A stretch of 64,000 nt of DNA from an uncultured delta proteobacterium. Its GTDB lineage: Bacteria; Desulfobacterota; Desulfobacteria; Desulfobacterales; UBA2156. The stretch covers positions 96,001-160,000 of the forward strand of contig CAVTQK010000017.1 in the NCBI GenBank assembly GCA_963736855.1, given 5' to 3'. A program made the translations under genes and the position numbers. Below, piece by piece: positions 29,130 through 39,821 of the stretch. The first letter of the stretch is position 1; each line of letters begins with the position of its first letter. Under the pieces are notes generated by a model. It had not been told where the DNA came from and ran no database searches. It saw only the letters and a program-made list of their open reading frames with translations.

Positions 29130-30431
29130 TTAATCTGGTCGTTGGAGTATGGAGGGATCTCTTTCGATGGCTGCCTTGACGTCGCCTACCACGTAAAGGG
29201 ATCCGGCAACGCAGATGGACTGATCAGGTCCGGCGGTGACAACGGCATGCCTCAGAGCCTTGCCTGCATCATCAATCACTTCGATATCCCGACATAGGGT
29301 TTTGGCATATTTCAACAGGGTTTGTGTGGGGAGGGCCCGATCTATGGAAGCCCGGGTTAAAATCACTCGACGACAAGTCGGCAGCAGGGCTTTTAGCATG
29401 ATTTGGTAAGGCTTATCGTCCAGAATCCCAAGGACCAGCAAGACGTTTTTGTCCGGGAACCGTTGGGTTAAGAATTCCGCCAGTTTTCGGGAAGCATCGC
29501 GGTTGTGGGCGCCGTCCAGGATGACCAGGGGATCCTTGGAGACGATCTCCAGTCGACCGGGCCATCGGTTTTCTTCCAGGCCCTTGCGAAGGGTTGCTTC
29601 GGGGATATCCGATCCTTTTTCATTCAGGATTTCGCATGCCGCAAGTGCGATGGCGGCATTTTCCGCCTGGTGACGGCCTAAAAGACCGGTTTTCATATCA
29701 GGCCAGATTTTTTGGATTCCGAAATAAGTGAAGGTGTCATTGGCATGCCGACGGACCCGAAAATCGGTGCCAAAACGAAAAAGAGGCGCTTTTTGTTCAT
29801 CGGAGACACGGGTAAGGATGCCGAGTGCGGATGGCTGGCGTACCCCTGTGACCACTGGGGTTTTCGGCTTGATGATCCCGGCTTTTTCATAGGCGATCTT
29901 GGCAATGGTTTTTCCGAGGTAGGCCTGGTGCTCCAGGGTCACATTGGAAATGATTGAAAGAACGGGCTTCACGACATTGGTGGCATCCATCCGGCCGCCC
30001 ATGCCGGTCTCGATGATCGCCCAGTCCACCTTTTTCCGGGCAAAGTGATGGAATGCCATGGCGGTGGTGTATTCGAAAAAGGTGGGCTCACGCCCTCCCG
30101 AAGCTGCTTTTCGAACCGCATCGTGCGCTTCGATCACTGCTGCGTCGTTGATGGGTTCGCCATTGATGGCGATCCGTTCGTTGAAACGGACCAGATGGGG
30201 GGATGTATACAATCCGACCCGTCGGCCGGTGAGGGTCAAAATAGTGGAAAGAGTCGATGCGATGGATCCCTTGCCGTTTGTACCGGCGACGTGAATACAG
30301 GAAAAAGCATCCTGGGGATTGCCCAGTGTATTGAGGATAATGGAAATGGTGTCCAGGCCGAGGACGATACCGAAACGCCTCAGGCTGTACATATATTCCA
30401 GGCATTCGGGATAAGGATTCAGGGAGTCCAT
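29130..30431 (-). CDS. folC: Folylpolyglutamate synthase / dihydrofolate synthase
   Basis: HVAGTNGKGS, YTSPHL, ETGMGGRMDATN, WPGRLE and DGAHN motifs. Confidence 0.96.
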   Translation of the reverse strand: MDSLNPYPECLEYMYSLRRFGIVLGLDTISIILNTLGNPQDAFSCIHVAGTNGKGSIASTLSTILTLTGRRVGLYTSPHLVRFNERIAINGEPINDAAVIEAHDAVRKAASGGREPTFFEYTTAMAFHHFARKKVDWAIIETGMGGRMDATNVVKPVLSIISNVTLEHQAYLGKTIAKIAYEKAGIIKPKTPVVTGVRQPSALGILTRVSDEQKAPLFRFGTDFRVRRHANDTFTYFGIQKIWPDMKTGLLGRHQAENAAIALAACEILNEKGSDIPEATLRKGLEENRWPGRLEIVSKDPLVILDGAHNRDASRKLAEFLTQRFPDKNVLLVLGILDDKPYQIMLKALLPTCRRVILTRASIDRALPTQTLLKYAKTLCRDIEVIDDAGKALRHAVVTAGPDQSICVAGSLYVVGDVKAAIERDPSILQRPD

Positions 30432-30438
30432 TTAGATA

Positions 30439-30473
30439 AAACACCCGGCGGAAAACAAGACCGCCGGGTGTTT
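30439..30473 (-). terminator. Intrinsic terminator after rpsU
   Basis: AAACACCCGGCGG / CCGCCGGGTGTTT perfect inverted repeat ending in a T-run on the minus strand. Confidence 0.75.
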
Positions 30474-30486
30474 AAAACCTTTCGAA

Positions 30487-30690
30487 TTATCGGTAGCGTC
30501 TCTTTGAAGTTGCGATGCGCTGTCTTCTCAAAGCCTCTCTCTGCTTGCGACGCCGGAATTCGCTGGGCTTTTCATAGCTTTTTTTCAGCTTTAAACGCTT
30601 GAACAGGCCGTCATTCTGAATCTTTTTTTTCAGAATGCGCATGGCCTTTTCAAGGTCGTTGTCCAGCACCCTGACCTCAATATTTTTCAA
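30487..30690 (-). CDS. rpsU: 30S ribosomal protein S21
   Basis: LEKAMRILKKK..YEKPSE.RRRK; TTG start with GGGTGA RBS. Confidence 0.95.
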   Translation of the reverse strand: MKNIEVRVLDNDLEKAMRILKKKIQNDGLFKRLKLKKSYEKPSEFRRRKQREALRRQRIATSKRRYR

Positions 30691-30765
30691 ACCATCTCAC
30701 CCCTTTACACACCCCAGTCAGAAAACTTTCCTTCTAAAGGTTTATTTGAACCCATTTGTTTAAAT

Positions 30766-30794
30766 ATTATAGGCCTATTCTCTGAGTTTGACAA
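30766..30794 (-). promoter_or_regulatory. Sigma70 promoter of rpsU
   Basis: TTGTCA-N17-TATAAT on the minus strand. Confidence 0.75.
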
Positions 30795-30795
30795 G

Positions 30796-31090
30796 TCACA
30801 ATTTGATGGCTTCGTAAAAAGTCCAATTTCTGCGTTGCGCTTCATCCCGTTGCGATTTCGACGTACGATAAGTACGCCTCATCACACGGGATTCGCGACG
30901 CCTTGAACTTGAACTTTTTACTTTGCCATCCTAATTTTGAGTTTTTACGATTTCATCACAATTTGATGGCTTCGTAAAAAGTCCATCTGCTGTGTTGCGC
31001 TGCATCCTTCGTCTTTGCGGCGTATCCATAACTACGCCTCACTCCTCAGGATTTGCGCGCCTTGCATCTGTATCTTTTTTCTTTGTCATC
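30796..31090. repeat. Two tandem 126-bp palindromic elements (MITE/REP-like), period 160 bp
   Basis: Identical 30-mer TCACAATTTGATGGCTTCGTAAAAAGTCCA at 30796 and 30956; units 30805-30930 and 30965-31090 have terminal inverted repeats and nested inner stems. Confidence 0.85.
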
Positions 31091-31112
31091 ACAAGTTATC
31101 GAATAAAGTTTT

Positions 31113-31787
31113 TTATAGTTTGGATATCAAATCGGTCGTTACCTCTTTGACGCCGGGCTTCCCGTCTAACGTGATATATTTAATGGACTTGTCTTTTTTT
31201 GCCAGATCCCTGAAATAATACGCCGAGGCCAAAGTTCCGGTGTTGGTGTCGTAATAGATGCTGTGACGTTTGCTGATGGCCTCCTCGTCCTGATCATCGC
31301 TGCGCGTTTTCAGCTCCCCACCGCAGACCCGGCATTTTCCATCTTTTGGTTTAATGGCGTCGATGTAGATATTGTTCGGATGATTGTTGTCGTTGACACA
31401 GAGACGCCGGCCCATGATCCGCTTCTTTGCGATCTCCCGATCCAATACGATTTCAACCACGATGTCCAGGGCCAGTCCGGCCTTCTTGAGAGCCTCATGG
31501 AGTTTGATGGCCTGGTTTTTATTTCTCGGGAACCCATCTAAGAGCCAACCCTTTTTGCAGTCGTTTTTCTGGAGTCGATTGAGGATCATGGGTATGGTAA
31601 TTTCATCGGGAACCAGGTCTCCCCGGTCGATAAAGGCCTTTGCCTTGGCGCCCAACTCGGTTTTCCCCTGAATGTTTTCCCTGAAGATGGCTCCGGATTC
31701 GATGTGAGGTAGCTTATACTTGTCCTTCAATATCGCACCCTGGGTTCCTTTCCCGCTGCCGTTGGGGCCGAAAAATAAAATGTTCAT
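31113..31787 (-). CDS. adk: Adenylate kinase
   Basis: GPNGSGKGTQ P-loop, GDLVPD, LDGFPR and RSDD; metal-binding lid. Confidence 0.97.
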   Translation of the reverse strand: MNILFFGPNGSGKGTQGAILKDKYKLPHIESGAIFRENIQGKTELGAKAKAFIDRGDLVPDEITIPMILNRLQKNDCKKGWLLDGFPRNKNQAIKLHEALKKAGLALDIVVEIVLDREIAKKRIMGRRLCVNDNNHPNNIYIDAIKPKDGKCRVCGGELKTRSDDQDEEAISKRHSIYYDTNTGTLASAYYFRDLAKKDKSIKYITLDGKPGVKEVTTDLISKL

Positions 31788-31913
31788 GACCGTCTCCTTT
31801 CTGCACTAATTGGATTATCGTTGGCCGCCGGGGGCGGCGTCAAATTTCCTGATCGGATCTTGGCTTTACTATGCGAACCACCGGTTCTTGTCAAGGGTTC
31901 ATCCGCGGAGTGT

Positions 31914-33332
31914 TCATTCAGCGGCATCGGCAGTCGGATTTCGTTTCCAAATCATCTCACGGGCCAGGCGCACGGCTGAGGCCCTGTCTATGATCTCTTT
32001 GGACAACTGGGCCTCCCGGATTCTTCCCAGGATTTTTTTCATGATCGGGGACGGCGCCAGATCGAATTCCCGGATAAGATCGAAACCGGTAATAAGGGGA
32101 ACCTGCCTTTTTATTTCCATATAATCCTCAAAATATTCGTAAACCAGGTCCCGGGCAAAGGAAAGGAAGGCCTCGTTTCGCGGATCGGGGACGTCGCTTT
32201 TGCCTTGGATATCCGCCATGGCATGCAGCAGAAGCGCCGGAGTATAGTCGCCGCATCGTAAAAAGAAACGGGTTTTGATCCGCCTGGAGAAGCCGGGATT
32301 TCTGCAGGCAAGGAACAGAAAAAGAGGCCTGACGTGGTTTCGGATGATAAAAACCGCTTCTTCGGTGTCGGCATTTGAAAACCGCAATCGCCGGCAGATA
32401 TCGGCAGCCATTTGGGCACCGGTTTTTTCATGTCCGTAAAAATGGATCTTTCCTTCCGGCCCTGCGGATCTTACGACCGGCTTCCCGATATCGTGCAGAA
32501 GGATGGCCCATTTCAACAATGCAAAGGACTTCTCATGGAAGCTTTTCCGGATTTGGGATGCTGCTTTGGGGAAAAACGTTTCCAGATTCTCCTGGAGACG
32601 TTCCATGTGAGACAGGGCTTTAAAGGTATGCTCAAAGACATTGAAGGCATGATATCGGTTCTGGGTACAGCCGGTTGTCTCTTTCAGCTCGGGCAGGATA
32701 TGGAAAAGCAGTTCCGAACGAGCCATTTGGGATATGGTTTCAGAGATATTCGACACACTAAAAATCCGCATCAATTCTCCTGTGATGCGTTCCGGAGTGG
32801 ATTCCCGGATGCGATGGCTTTCCATCCGGATTTTAGAGTCTGTATCGGGGTCCATCCGGATACCGTAAACGGCGCAAATCCGGTAGGCTCGTACCAGCCG
32901 CACCGGGTCTTTTTCAAAAACATTTTCGGAGACGATCGTCAGCTTCTTTGCGGCAAGATCGGCTCTTCCATCGAAAGGATCGATGAAGGTTTTTGAATCC
33001 AGAGCGTATGCCATGGCATTGATGGTGAAATCTCTTTCCTGCAGATCCGCCTCGATGGAGGTTCCTCTAACGGCGGTGACGTCAAATACCATTTCGGGCC
33101 CTACGATGCGGAAAAGGGCCTGGCCCGGTTTTCCAAGCCTCACCAGCCGTCCTCCGATCCGGTTGGAAAGTCGACGCGCAAATAGATCTGGATTTTTGGA
33201 CACGGCGATGTCATAATCAATACAATAGAGACCAAGGAGAAGATTCCGTATCGAACCGCCCACCAGATAGACCCCTTCGGTTTGCGGGAGTAAGGCTTCA
33301 TCGAAAGGTATTTGTAGACCTTCAATTTTCAT
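31914..33332 (-). CDS. Class II tRNA nucleotidyltransferase with HD domain (probably CC-adding)
   Basis: LVGG..R..DYD, RDFTINAMA, DP.R..R and H..LLHDIGK HD domain. Confidence 0.88.
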   Translation of the reverse strand: MKIEGLQIPFDEALLPQTEGVYLVGGSIRNLLLGLYCIDYDIAVSKNPDLFARRLSNRIGGRLVRLGKPGQALFRIVGPEMVFDVTAVRGTSIEADLQERDFTINAMAYALDSKTFIDPFDGRADLAAKKLTIVSENVFEKDPVRLVRAYRICAVYGIRMDPDTDSKIRMESHRIRESTPERITGELMRIFSVSNISETISQMARSELLFHILPELKETTGCTQNRYHAFNVFEHTFKALSHMERLQENLETFFPKAASQIRKSFHEKSFALLKWAILLHDIGKPVVRSAGPEGKIHFYGHEKTGAQMAADICRRLRFSNADTEEAVFIIRNHVRPLFLFLACRNPGFSRRIKTRFFLRCGDYTPALLLHAMADIQGKSDVPDPRNEAFLSFARDLVYEYFEDYMEIKRQVPLITGFDLIREFDLAPSPIMKKILGRIREAQLSKEIIDRASAVRLAREMIWKRNPTADAAE

Positions 33333-33433
33333 ATTTAACCCGTTTGGAGATCGGGGAAAAGCCCTCGCCGTTGGAAGAATAAATTTATTTCAAAGGGTCA
33401 AGGATTATAACCTGAACAGATGAAAGCACATTA

Positions 33434-34105
33434 GTGCATCGAACTCGCCAAAACAAGTTACAAAAACCAAACGGCAGAGGCAAACCTTTTCAGGTGGCCG
33501 TTACCGGCAGTGCGGGTACGGGCAAATCCATGGTGTGCCGGCGCTTTGAACGTCTGGGCGTCCCGGTGATCGACTTGGATGGTTTGGCCCGCAAGGCCGT
33601 TTCACCCTCTGGGACGGCCCTCAAAAAGATCGTCAAACACTTCGGTCAAAAGGTCCTTAATCCGGATGGAACCCTCAACCGAAGAGCCCTTCGCCAGAAA
33701 GTCGTCCGGGACGATTCTGACCGGCGCATTCTGGAAGAAATCCTCCATCCGGAAATCGGTCATCTTTTAAAAGCCCAGGTTTCAGGGATGGATTCCGATA
33801 AGGCCCCTTTTGTGGTTGTGGAAGTCCCCCTCCTTTTTGAATCCAAAATGGAAGATGCTTTTGACGCCGTGATCCTAGTCATGGCCGGGGAGAGACTTCA
33901 AAAAAAACGATTGTCCAAAAGGGATGCCGTATCTGAAAAGGAGGCCGAGTTACTCCTGAAGACCCAGATTTCCGATGAAAGAAAGATTGACCGATCCGAT
34001 TTCGTAATTATCAATACAGATAGCATTAAGAAACTCCATTGCTCGGTGGACCATATTTTTTTTATTTTGAATAAAAAATATTCCAAAGATACCGAAATCA
34101 CTTGA
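33434..34105 (+). CDS. coaE: Dephospho-CoA kinase
   Basis: VTGSAGTGKS, LNRRALR, ILHP and EVPLLFE motifs; exact start uncertain. Confidence 0.93.
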   Translation: MHRTRQNKLQKPNGRGKPFQVAVTGSAGTGKSMVCRRFERLGVPVIDLDGLARKAVSPSGTALKKIVKHFGQKVLNPDGTLNRRALRQKVVRDDSDRRILEEILHPEIGHLLKAQVSGMDSDKAPFVVVEVPLLFESKMEDAFDAVILVMAGERLQKKRLSKRDAVSEKEAELLLKTQISDERKIDRSDFVIINTDSIKKLHCSVDHIFFILNKKYSKDTEIT

Positions 34106-34439
34106 CAGGCTTGAAATCATCGGATAGGGAAAGACCAAAATAAGGCAACAATCCCGCCTTTGGATAATAACATTTTCGGTAAAATACTTCGGTTTTAGGC
34201 AATCATAAAGTACAAAGCCCCTCAGTCTATACTGCAATGGAATCTGTTCCATTCGTTTTAGTCAAGAAAGCAATTTTTTCGGCAGGATATTCGGTTTCGC
34301 TGCGTCCATGGCCTTATTCAGAGATTGCCTTTGATTGAAGCAGGGGCCTTCAGTCGCGTATCCGCATCGCACCCGTTAAGACGATAATGCCCGTAAACCG
34401 GGACCCATGATAAACATGATATAAGTGAGGTCGTGCCGT

Positions 34440-35687
34440 ATGAACATTTCGGAGCTAAAAGACAAAAAAATCAGCGAATTGGCACAGTTAGCCAAGGAAT
34501 ACAACATTCCCGGCGTGGGGGGAATGCGTAAGCATGATCTGATTTTCGGCCTGATTCAGGCGCAGGTAGAGAAGAATGGATCGATTTATGGTGAAGGGAC
34601 CCTCGAGATTCTGCCGGACGGGTTCGGCTTTTTGCGGGCGCCCGATTCCAATTACCTGCCGGGACCGGATGACATTTACGTCTCCCCTTCCCAGATCCGC
34701 AGGTTCAACTTGAGGACCGGGGATACGGTATCCGGACAGATCCGGCAGCCCAAGGAATCGGAACGCTACTTCGCCCTCCTCAAGGTGGAATCCATTAATT
34801 TCGAGGATCCGGAGGCATCCCGGGAAAAGATCCTGTTTGACAACCTCACACCCCTGTATCCCAACCGGAAGATCAATCTGGAGGTCGATGCCGAGAATTA
34901 CTCCATGCGGATCATGGATTTGTTGACACCCATCGGCTTCGGTCAGCGAGGGCTCATTGTCTCGCCCCCCAGGTCCGGAAAAACCATGCTTCTGCAAAAC
35001 ATCGCCAACAGCATTACCAGCAACCACAAAAATATCTTTTTGATCGTGTTGCTCATTGACGAGCGGCCGGAAGAAGTGACCGACATGCAGCGTTCCGTGG
35101 ACGGCGAGGTCATCAGTTCCACCTTCGACGAACCTGCGGAACGGCATGTTCAGGTGGCGGAGATGGTGATCGAGAAAGCCAAACGGCTGGTGGAGCACAA
35201 GAAGGATGTGGTGATCCTTTTGGACAGCATTACCCGCTTGGCGCGTGCATACAACTCGGTAGTGCCGCCTTCCGGTAAGATCCTCTCCGGCGGTGTGGAT
35301 TCCAATGCTCTCCAAAGACCGAAGCGGTTCTTCGGAGCGGCAAGAAACATCGAAGAAGGCGGGAGCCTCACCATCATTGCCACGGCTCTCATAGACACCG
35401 GCAGTCGCATGGACGAAGTGATCTTTGAAGAGTTCAAGGGGACTGGAAATCTGGAGTTGCAGCTGGATCGGCGGATTTCGGATCGGCGAATTTTCCCCGC
35501 CATCGACATCAACAGATCCGGGACCCGCAAAGAGGAACTCCTCCTGGATTCCGGGACGTTGAACCGGGTCTGGATACTCCGGAAGCTCCTTTCCTCCCTC
35601 AACCCGGTAGATGCTCTTGAATTTTTGCTTGAAAAAATGCGCGGAACGGAAAATAATAAAGCATTTATGGCTGCCATGAATTCGTAA
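34440..35687 (+). CDS. rho: Transcription termination factor Rho
   Basis: [33 protein letters not shown] and FEEFKGTGN motifs. Confidence 0.99.
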   Translation: MNISELKDKKISELAQLAKEYNIPGVGGMRKHDLIFGLIQAQVEKNGSIYGEGTLEILPDGFGFLRAPDSNYLPGPDDIYVSPSQIRRFNLRTGDTVSGQIRQPKESERYFALLKVESINFEDPEASREKILFDNLTPLYPNRKINLEVDAENYSMRIMDLLTPIGFGQRGLIVSPPRSGKTMLLQNIANSITSNHKNIFLIVLLIDERPEEVTDMQRSVDGEVISSTFDEPAERHVQVAEMVIEKAKRLVEHKKDVVILLDSITRLARAYNSVVPPSGKILSGGVDSNALQRPKRFFGAARNIEEGGSLTIIATALIDTGSRMDEVIFEEFKGTGNLELQLDRRISDRRIFPAIDINRSGTRKEELLLDSGTLNRVWILRKLLSSLNPVDALEFLLEKMRGTENNKAFMAAMNS

Positions 35688-35713
35688 TTCTTAAAAAGGA
35701 AGGTATGAAAGAG

Positions 35714-35935
35714 ATGAAAGAGGGTATCCATCCCCAGTATTTCAAAACAAGAGTGACTTGCGCCTGTGGAAACACATTTGAGATCGGCTCCACCAAGTCG
35801 GAAATCCGTGTGGAAATCTGTTCTAAGTGCCACCCTTTTTTCACCGGGAAGCAGAAGCTGGTAGACTCCGCCGGTCGGATCGAGCGGTTCAAAAAAAAAT
35901 ACTCGAAATTCAAGGAATTGCAGAAACAAGCCTGA
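35714..35935 (+). CDS. rpmE: 50S ribosomal protein L31 (zinc-binding type)
   Basis: [21 protein letters not shown]; alternative start at 35705. Confidence 0.97.
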   Translation: MKEGIHPQYFKTRVTCACGNTFEIGSTKSEIRVEICSKCHPFFTGKQKLVDSAGRIERFKKKYSKFKELQKQA

Positions 35936-36004
35936 CAGAATTTTTTCACCTTTTTATCTCCCAGGACCACATCAAGCCTCTGAAGGTCGACCCATCAAGG
36001 AATC

Positions 36005-37105
36005 ATGTTAGAGAAGCTCCAAGGGGTTGAAGAACGTTTTTTAGCCATCGAGAAACAGATGAGCGATCCGGTCATCGTCCGCGACCGGGAGCATTACCAG
36101 AATTATGTCCGGGAGCACGCGGAACTGAATAAGATCGTCACCCTCTACCGCGAATACACCAAAACGATCAAGGACATCGAGAACAGCACCGGCCTGTTTA
36201 ATGAAGACGATCCGGAGATCCGGGAACTTGCCCGGGACGATATCGAAAGGCTGAATACCCGGAAGGCAGACCTTGAGAGCCGGCTCAAACATCTGTTGAT
36301 CCCGAAAGACGCCAAAGACGAAAAGAATGTCATCATGGAAATCCGAGCCGGGACCGGCGGTGAAGAGGCGGCGCTTTTTGCGGGGGATCTGTTTCGGATG
36401 TATAGCCGGTACGCTGAAAATCAGGGTTGGAAAGTCGAAGTGCTGAGCCATCATCCTACCGGCACCGGGGGTCTGAAAGAAGTCATCTCCCTGATCCAGG
36501 GAAGAGGGGCCTACAGCCGATTGAAATTCGAAAGCGGCACGCACCGGGTCCAACGAGTTCCTGAAACAGAGGCCCAAGGCCGGATTCATACATCCGCCGT
36601 GACCGTCGCCGTTCTTCCCGAAGCCGAAGAGGTGGAAGTTACCATTGATCCAAACGACCTCCGGGTGGACGTTTATCGTTCCGGCGGCCCCGGGGGGCAG
36701 TCGGTGAACACCACCGATTCGGCGGTGCGGATCACGCATCTTCCTACGGGATTGGTGGTCATCTGCCAGGATGAAAAATCCCAACTGAAAAACAAGAATA
36801 AGGCTTTGAAAGTCCTCAGAGCACGACTCCTGGATCAGATGATCCGGGAACAAAGCGAAAAGATTTCCGAAGAGCGGAAAAGTCAGGTCGGAAGCGGCGA
36901 CCGCAGCGAACGGATCCGGACCTATAATTTCCCTCAGGGGCGGGTAACGGACCATCGGATCGGATTGACCCTTTACAGACTGGAGAGCATCCTGCAAGGG
37001 GGAGTCGATCTTTTGATCGAAGAACTAATGACCTTCTATCAGGCCCAGGCCCTGAAGGGAGAAAAAGGGTCGAGGGTTCAAGGGATCGAGGCTTCTATGG
37101 ATTAA
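36005..37105 (+). CDS. prfA: Peptide chain release factor 1
   Basis: PET anticodon-like motif (RVPETE), GGQ and IRTYNFPQ. Confidence 0.98.
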   Translation: MLEKLQGVEERFLAIEKQMSDPVIVRDREHYQNYVREHAELNKIVTLYREYTKTIKDIENSTGLFNEDDPEIRELARDDIERLNTRKADLESRLKHLLIPKDAKDEKNVIMEIRAGTGGEEAALFAGDLFRMYSRYAENQGWKVEVLSHHPTGTGGLKEVISLIQGRGAYSRLKFESGTHRVQRVPETEAQGRIHTSAVTVAVLPEAEEVEVTIDPNDLRVDVYRSGGPGGQSVNTTDSAVRITHLPTGLVVICQDEKSQLKNKNKALKVLRARLLDQMIREQSEKISEERKSQVGSGDRSERIRTYNFPQGRVTDHRIGLTLYRLESILQGGVDLLIEELMTFYQAQALKGEKGSRVQGIEASMD

Positions 37106-37249
37106 GAAGGTTACGGATTCCGAGGGATCCGCTCCTTGTTCCGTCGTTTCAACTCCAACGGAATGCGTATTTTCCGCTTCGTTGTGGCGGGAATGCAGCG
37201 TCTTAAATCTCCACACCGACATCCGATGATTTCCCCAAAATACTCAATC

Positions 37250-38146
37250 ATGACCGAGAACCTATCGAATACCGTAACCTGGACGGTGCACGCCCTCCTG
37301 AATCGGACGAGCGTTTTCTTTAAGGAAGGCCTAATCGAAAGCCCGAGGGCTTCCGCTGAAATCCTTCTATCCCACATACTGGGATTGGAGCGGATTGATC
37401 TTTACGTGCGTTATGACCAGCCGGTGACCGCCGATGAACTGGCGCGGTTCAAGGAGGCCGTTTCTAGAAGGGCAGGCGGAGAACCGGCAGCTTACATAGT
37501 CGGATCCAAGGAGTTTTATGGGATGGACTTTTCTGTAAGCCGGGATGTGCTGATTCCCAGACCCGAGACAGAACATCTGGTGGATGCTGCCTTGAAATGG
37601 CTCTCGGGTCCGGGAGATGAGATCGGTCAAGGGGCACGTGTCCTGGATTTGGGAACCGGTAGCGGCGCCATTGCCATCGCCCTGGCCGTGCATACGCAAA
37701 AAGCCAGTGTTTTTGCATCCGATGTTTCATTGCCGACGCTTCGGGTGGCCCGGCAAAACGCAGAAAATCAAGGGGTTAAAGATCGGATTCAATTTGTTTG
37801 CGGAGACTGGTTTTTGCCGTTCAGAGAAACCGGAGAATCGTTCGATGCGATCGTTTCAAACCCGCCCTATGTGCGCTCGGTGGTTATGGAGAAGCTGCAA
37901 CCGGAAATCGGTTATGAACCCCGGCGCGCCCTCGACGGGGGCGCCGACGGCCTGGAGGCGGTTCGTCTCATCCTTCTTCAGGCGCATGCCTCCCTGAAGC
38001 CCGGCGGCGTATTGCTCGTGGAAATCGGATTCGATCAGAGAACCGATGTCAAGACGTTGGCTAAAGAAAGCGGGAAGTACAATGACCCGCTTTTCATCAG
38101 GGACTACAACGGGTGGGACCGGATCGTTTTTTTAGAAAAGCGGTAA
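37250..38146 (+). CDS. prmC: Release factor glutamine methyltransferase
   Basis: [16 protein letters not shown] and NPPY motifs; follows prfA; start uncertain. Confidence 0.95.
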   Translation: MTENLSNTVTWTVHALLNRTSVFFKEGLIESPRASAEILLSHILGLERIDLYVRYDQPVTADELARFKEAVSRRAGGEPAAYIVGSKEFYGMDFSVSRDVLIPRPETEHLVDAALKWLSGPGDEIGQGARVLDLGTGSGAIAIALAVHTQKASVFASDVSLPTLRVARQNAENQGVKDRIQFVCGDWFLPFRETGESFDAIVSNPPYVRSVVMEKLQPEIGYEPRRALDGGADGLEAVRLILLQAHASLKPGGVLLVEIGFDQRTDVKTLAKESGKYNDPLFIRDYNGWDRIVFLEKR

Positions 38147-38211
38147 AGAAAAAAACAATACAAAAAATTTATTGCAAAAAAAGCGATGTTTTATTATACA
38201 TATCTGTTTTA

Positions 38212-38290
38212 AGCACACACGCCGGTGGACCCGCTCTCCGGGTGCTTCCCAAGGGGGAAGTGGAAGGTGGGGTGGAGACCGGCGAAGGAA
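38212..38290 (+). promoter_or_regulatory. Probable S2 (rpsB-tsf) autoregulatory leader RNA
   Basis: ACACAC start, CGCCGGT/ACCGGCG outer stem, GGGTGC motif and CTTCCC/GGGAAG inner stem directly upstream of rpsB. Confidence 0.6.
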
Positions 38291-38315
38291 AAACCAAAGC
38301 GAAAAGGAGAAACTC

Positions 38316-39215
38316 ATGGCGTACGTAACGATGAAGGAACTCTTGGAAGCGGGGGTCCATTTCGGTCATCAGACCAAACGGTGGAACCCCAAGATGAAGC
38401 CGTATATCTTCGGTTCCAGAAACGGCATTTATATTATCGATCTCCAAAAAACCGTTCACATGTTCAAGCCCGCCTACGATTTCGTAGTGGACACCGTTTC
38501 CGAAGGCCGCTCCGTGCTTTTCGTGGGGACCAAGAAGCAATCGCGGGAGGCCATCTACGAAGAGGCCAACCGGTGTGAGATGTTCTATGTGCATAACCGG
38601 TGGCTTGGAGGGATGCTCACGAACTTTCAAACCATCAAACAAGGCATTGAGCGTCTCAACCACCTCAACACCATCATCAACGACGGATCCATAAATCTGT
38701 TCCCCAAAAAAGAGCGGTTGAAGCTTGAGAAGGAAAGGGTGAAATTGGATAGCAACCTGGGGGGGATCCAGAAAATGACCACCCTTCCCGGCGCTATTTT
38801 CGTCGTGGACACGAAGAACGAGGCCATCGCCGTGAGGGAAGGGAGGCGCCTGGGAATCCCCATCGTTGCCGTCGTTGATACCAACTGCGACCCGGATGAA
38901 GTCGATTACATTATTCCCGGAAACGATGATGCCATTCGGGCCATCCGGCTGATCACTTCCCGTATCGCCGATGCCTGCATCGAGGGCAGGGCCAAACACC
39001 AGGAAAAGGTTCATGCCCAGGCGGACAAGGCCGATATGGACAAACCAGAAATTCCGGCAGCCGTGGACTTGAAGCCCGGTGAACGGAAGATCATCTCTAA
39101 CGGAACCGACGGGCCGGTGATCGAGATCATCAAGCGTACCACCGGAAAGCCCATTGCGGAGTCGGAAGAAGATGAAAACCAGGAAAGCGACGAGTCATAC
39201 GAAACAGGAGAATAA
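38316..39215 (+). CDS. rpsB: 30S ribosomal protein S2
   Basis: [17 protein letters not shown] and [18 protein letters not shown]. Confidence 0.98.
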   Translation: MAYVTMKELLEAGVHFGHQTKRWNPKMKPYIFGSRNGIYIIDLQKTVHMFKPAYDFVVDTVSEGRSVLFVGTKKQSREAIYEEANRCEMFYVHNRWLGGMLTNFQTIKQGIERLNHLNTIINDGSINLFPKKERLKLEKERVKLDSNLGGIQKMTTLPGAIFVVDTKNEAIAVREGRRLGIPIVAVVDTNCDPDEVDYIIPGNDDAIRAIRLITSRIADACIEGRAKHQEKVHAQADKADMDKPEIPAAVDLKPGERKIISNGTDGPVIEIIKRTTGKPIAESEEDENQESDESYETGE

Positions 39216-39217
39216 TC

Positions 39218-39817
39218 ATGTCAACCATCAGCGCGACAATGGTCAAGGAACTCCGGGAGATGACCGGTGCAGGAATGATGGATTGCAAGGAAGCCCTCAG
39301 CCAAACCGGGGGTGACCAGAAAAAAGCCATCGATTTTTTACGGAAGAAAGGGCTGGCTACGGCCCAAAAAAGGGCCGGGAGGGCGACGTCAGCCGGTGTA
39401 ATTTATTCCTACATTCACATGGGCGGGAAGATCGGCGTCATGGTGGAGGTCAACTGTGAAACCGATTTCGTGGCTAAAAACGACTCGTTCCAGGAATTTG
39501 CCAAGAACATCGCCATGCACATCGCTGCCGCCAATCCGGTGAGCATCCGGCCTGAGGAAGTTCCGGAGGAGATCATCGCTAAAGAAAAGGAAATCTATAA
39601 AGCTCAGGCGGCGGAACTGGGAAAACCGGCCCAGGTGGCGGAAAAGATCGCCGAAGGGAAACTCAACAAATTCTTCAAGGACAATTGTCTGTTGACTCAA
39701 CCGTATGTGCGGGACCCGAACCTGACCATATCGGATGTCCTCAATGAACTGATCGGAAAAATCGGGGAAAACATCACCGTTAAAAGATACGCCCGGTACC
39801 AGCTCGGAGAAGAATAA
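39218..39817 (+). CDS. tsf: Elongation factor Ts (short form)
   Basis: [15 protein letters not shown] and NCETDFVA; 199 aa. Confidence 0.98.
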   Translation: MSTISATMVKELREMTGAGMMDCKEALSQTGGDQKKAIDFLRKKGLATAQKRAGRATSAGVIYSYIHMGGKIGVMVEVNCETDFVAKNDSFQEFAKNIAMHIAAANPVSIRPEEVPEEIIAKEKEIYKAQAAELGKPAQVAEKIAEGKLNKFFKDNCLLTQPYVRDPNLTISDVLNELIGKIGENITVKRYARYQLGEE

Positions 39818-39821
39818 GTCG

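Noticed and set aside
30796..31090. CRISPR array interpretation of the 30-bp direct repeat
   Set aside because: Only two copies, 130-bp intervals that are similar to each other, and no cas genes in the window.
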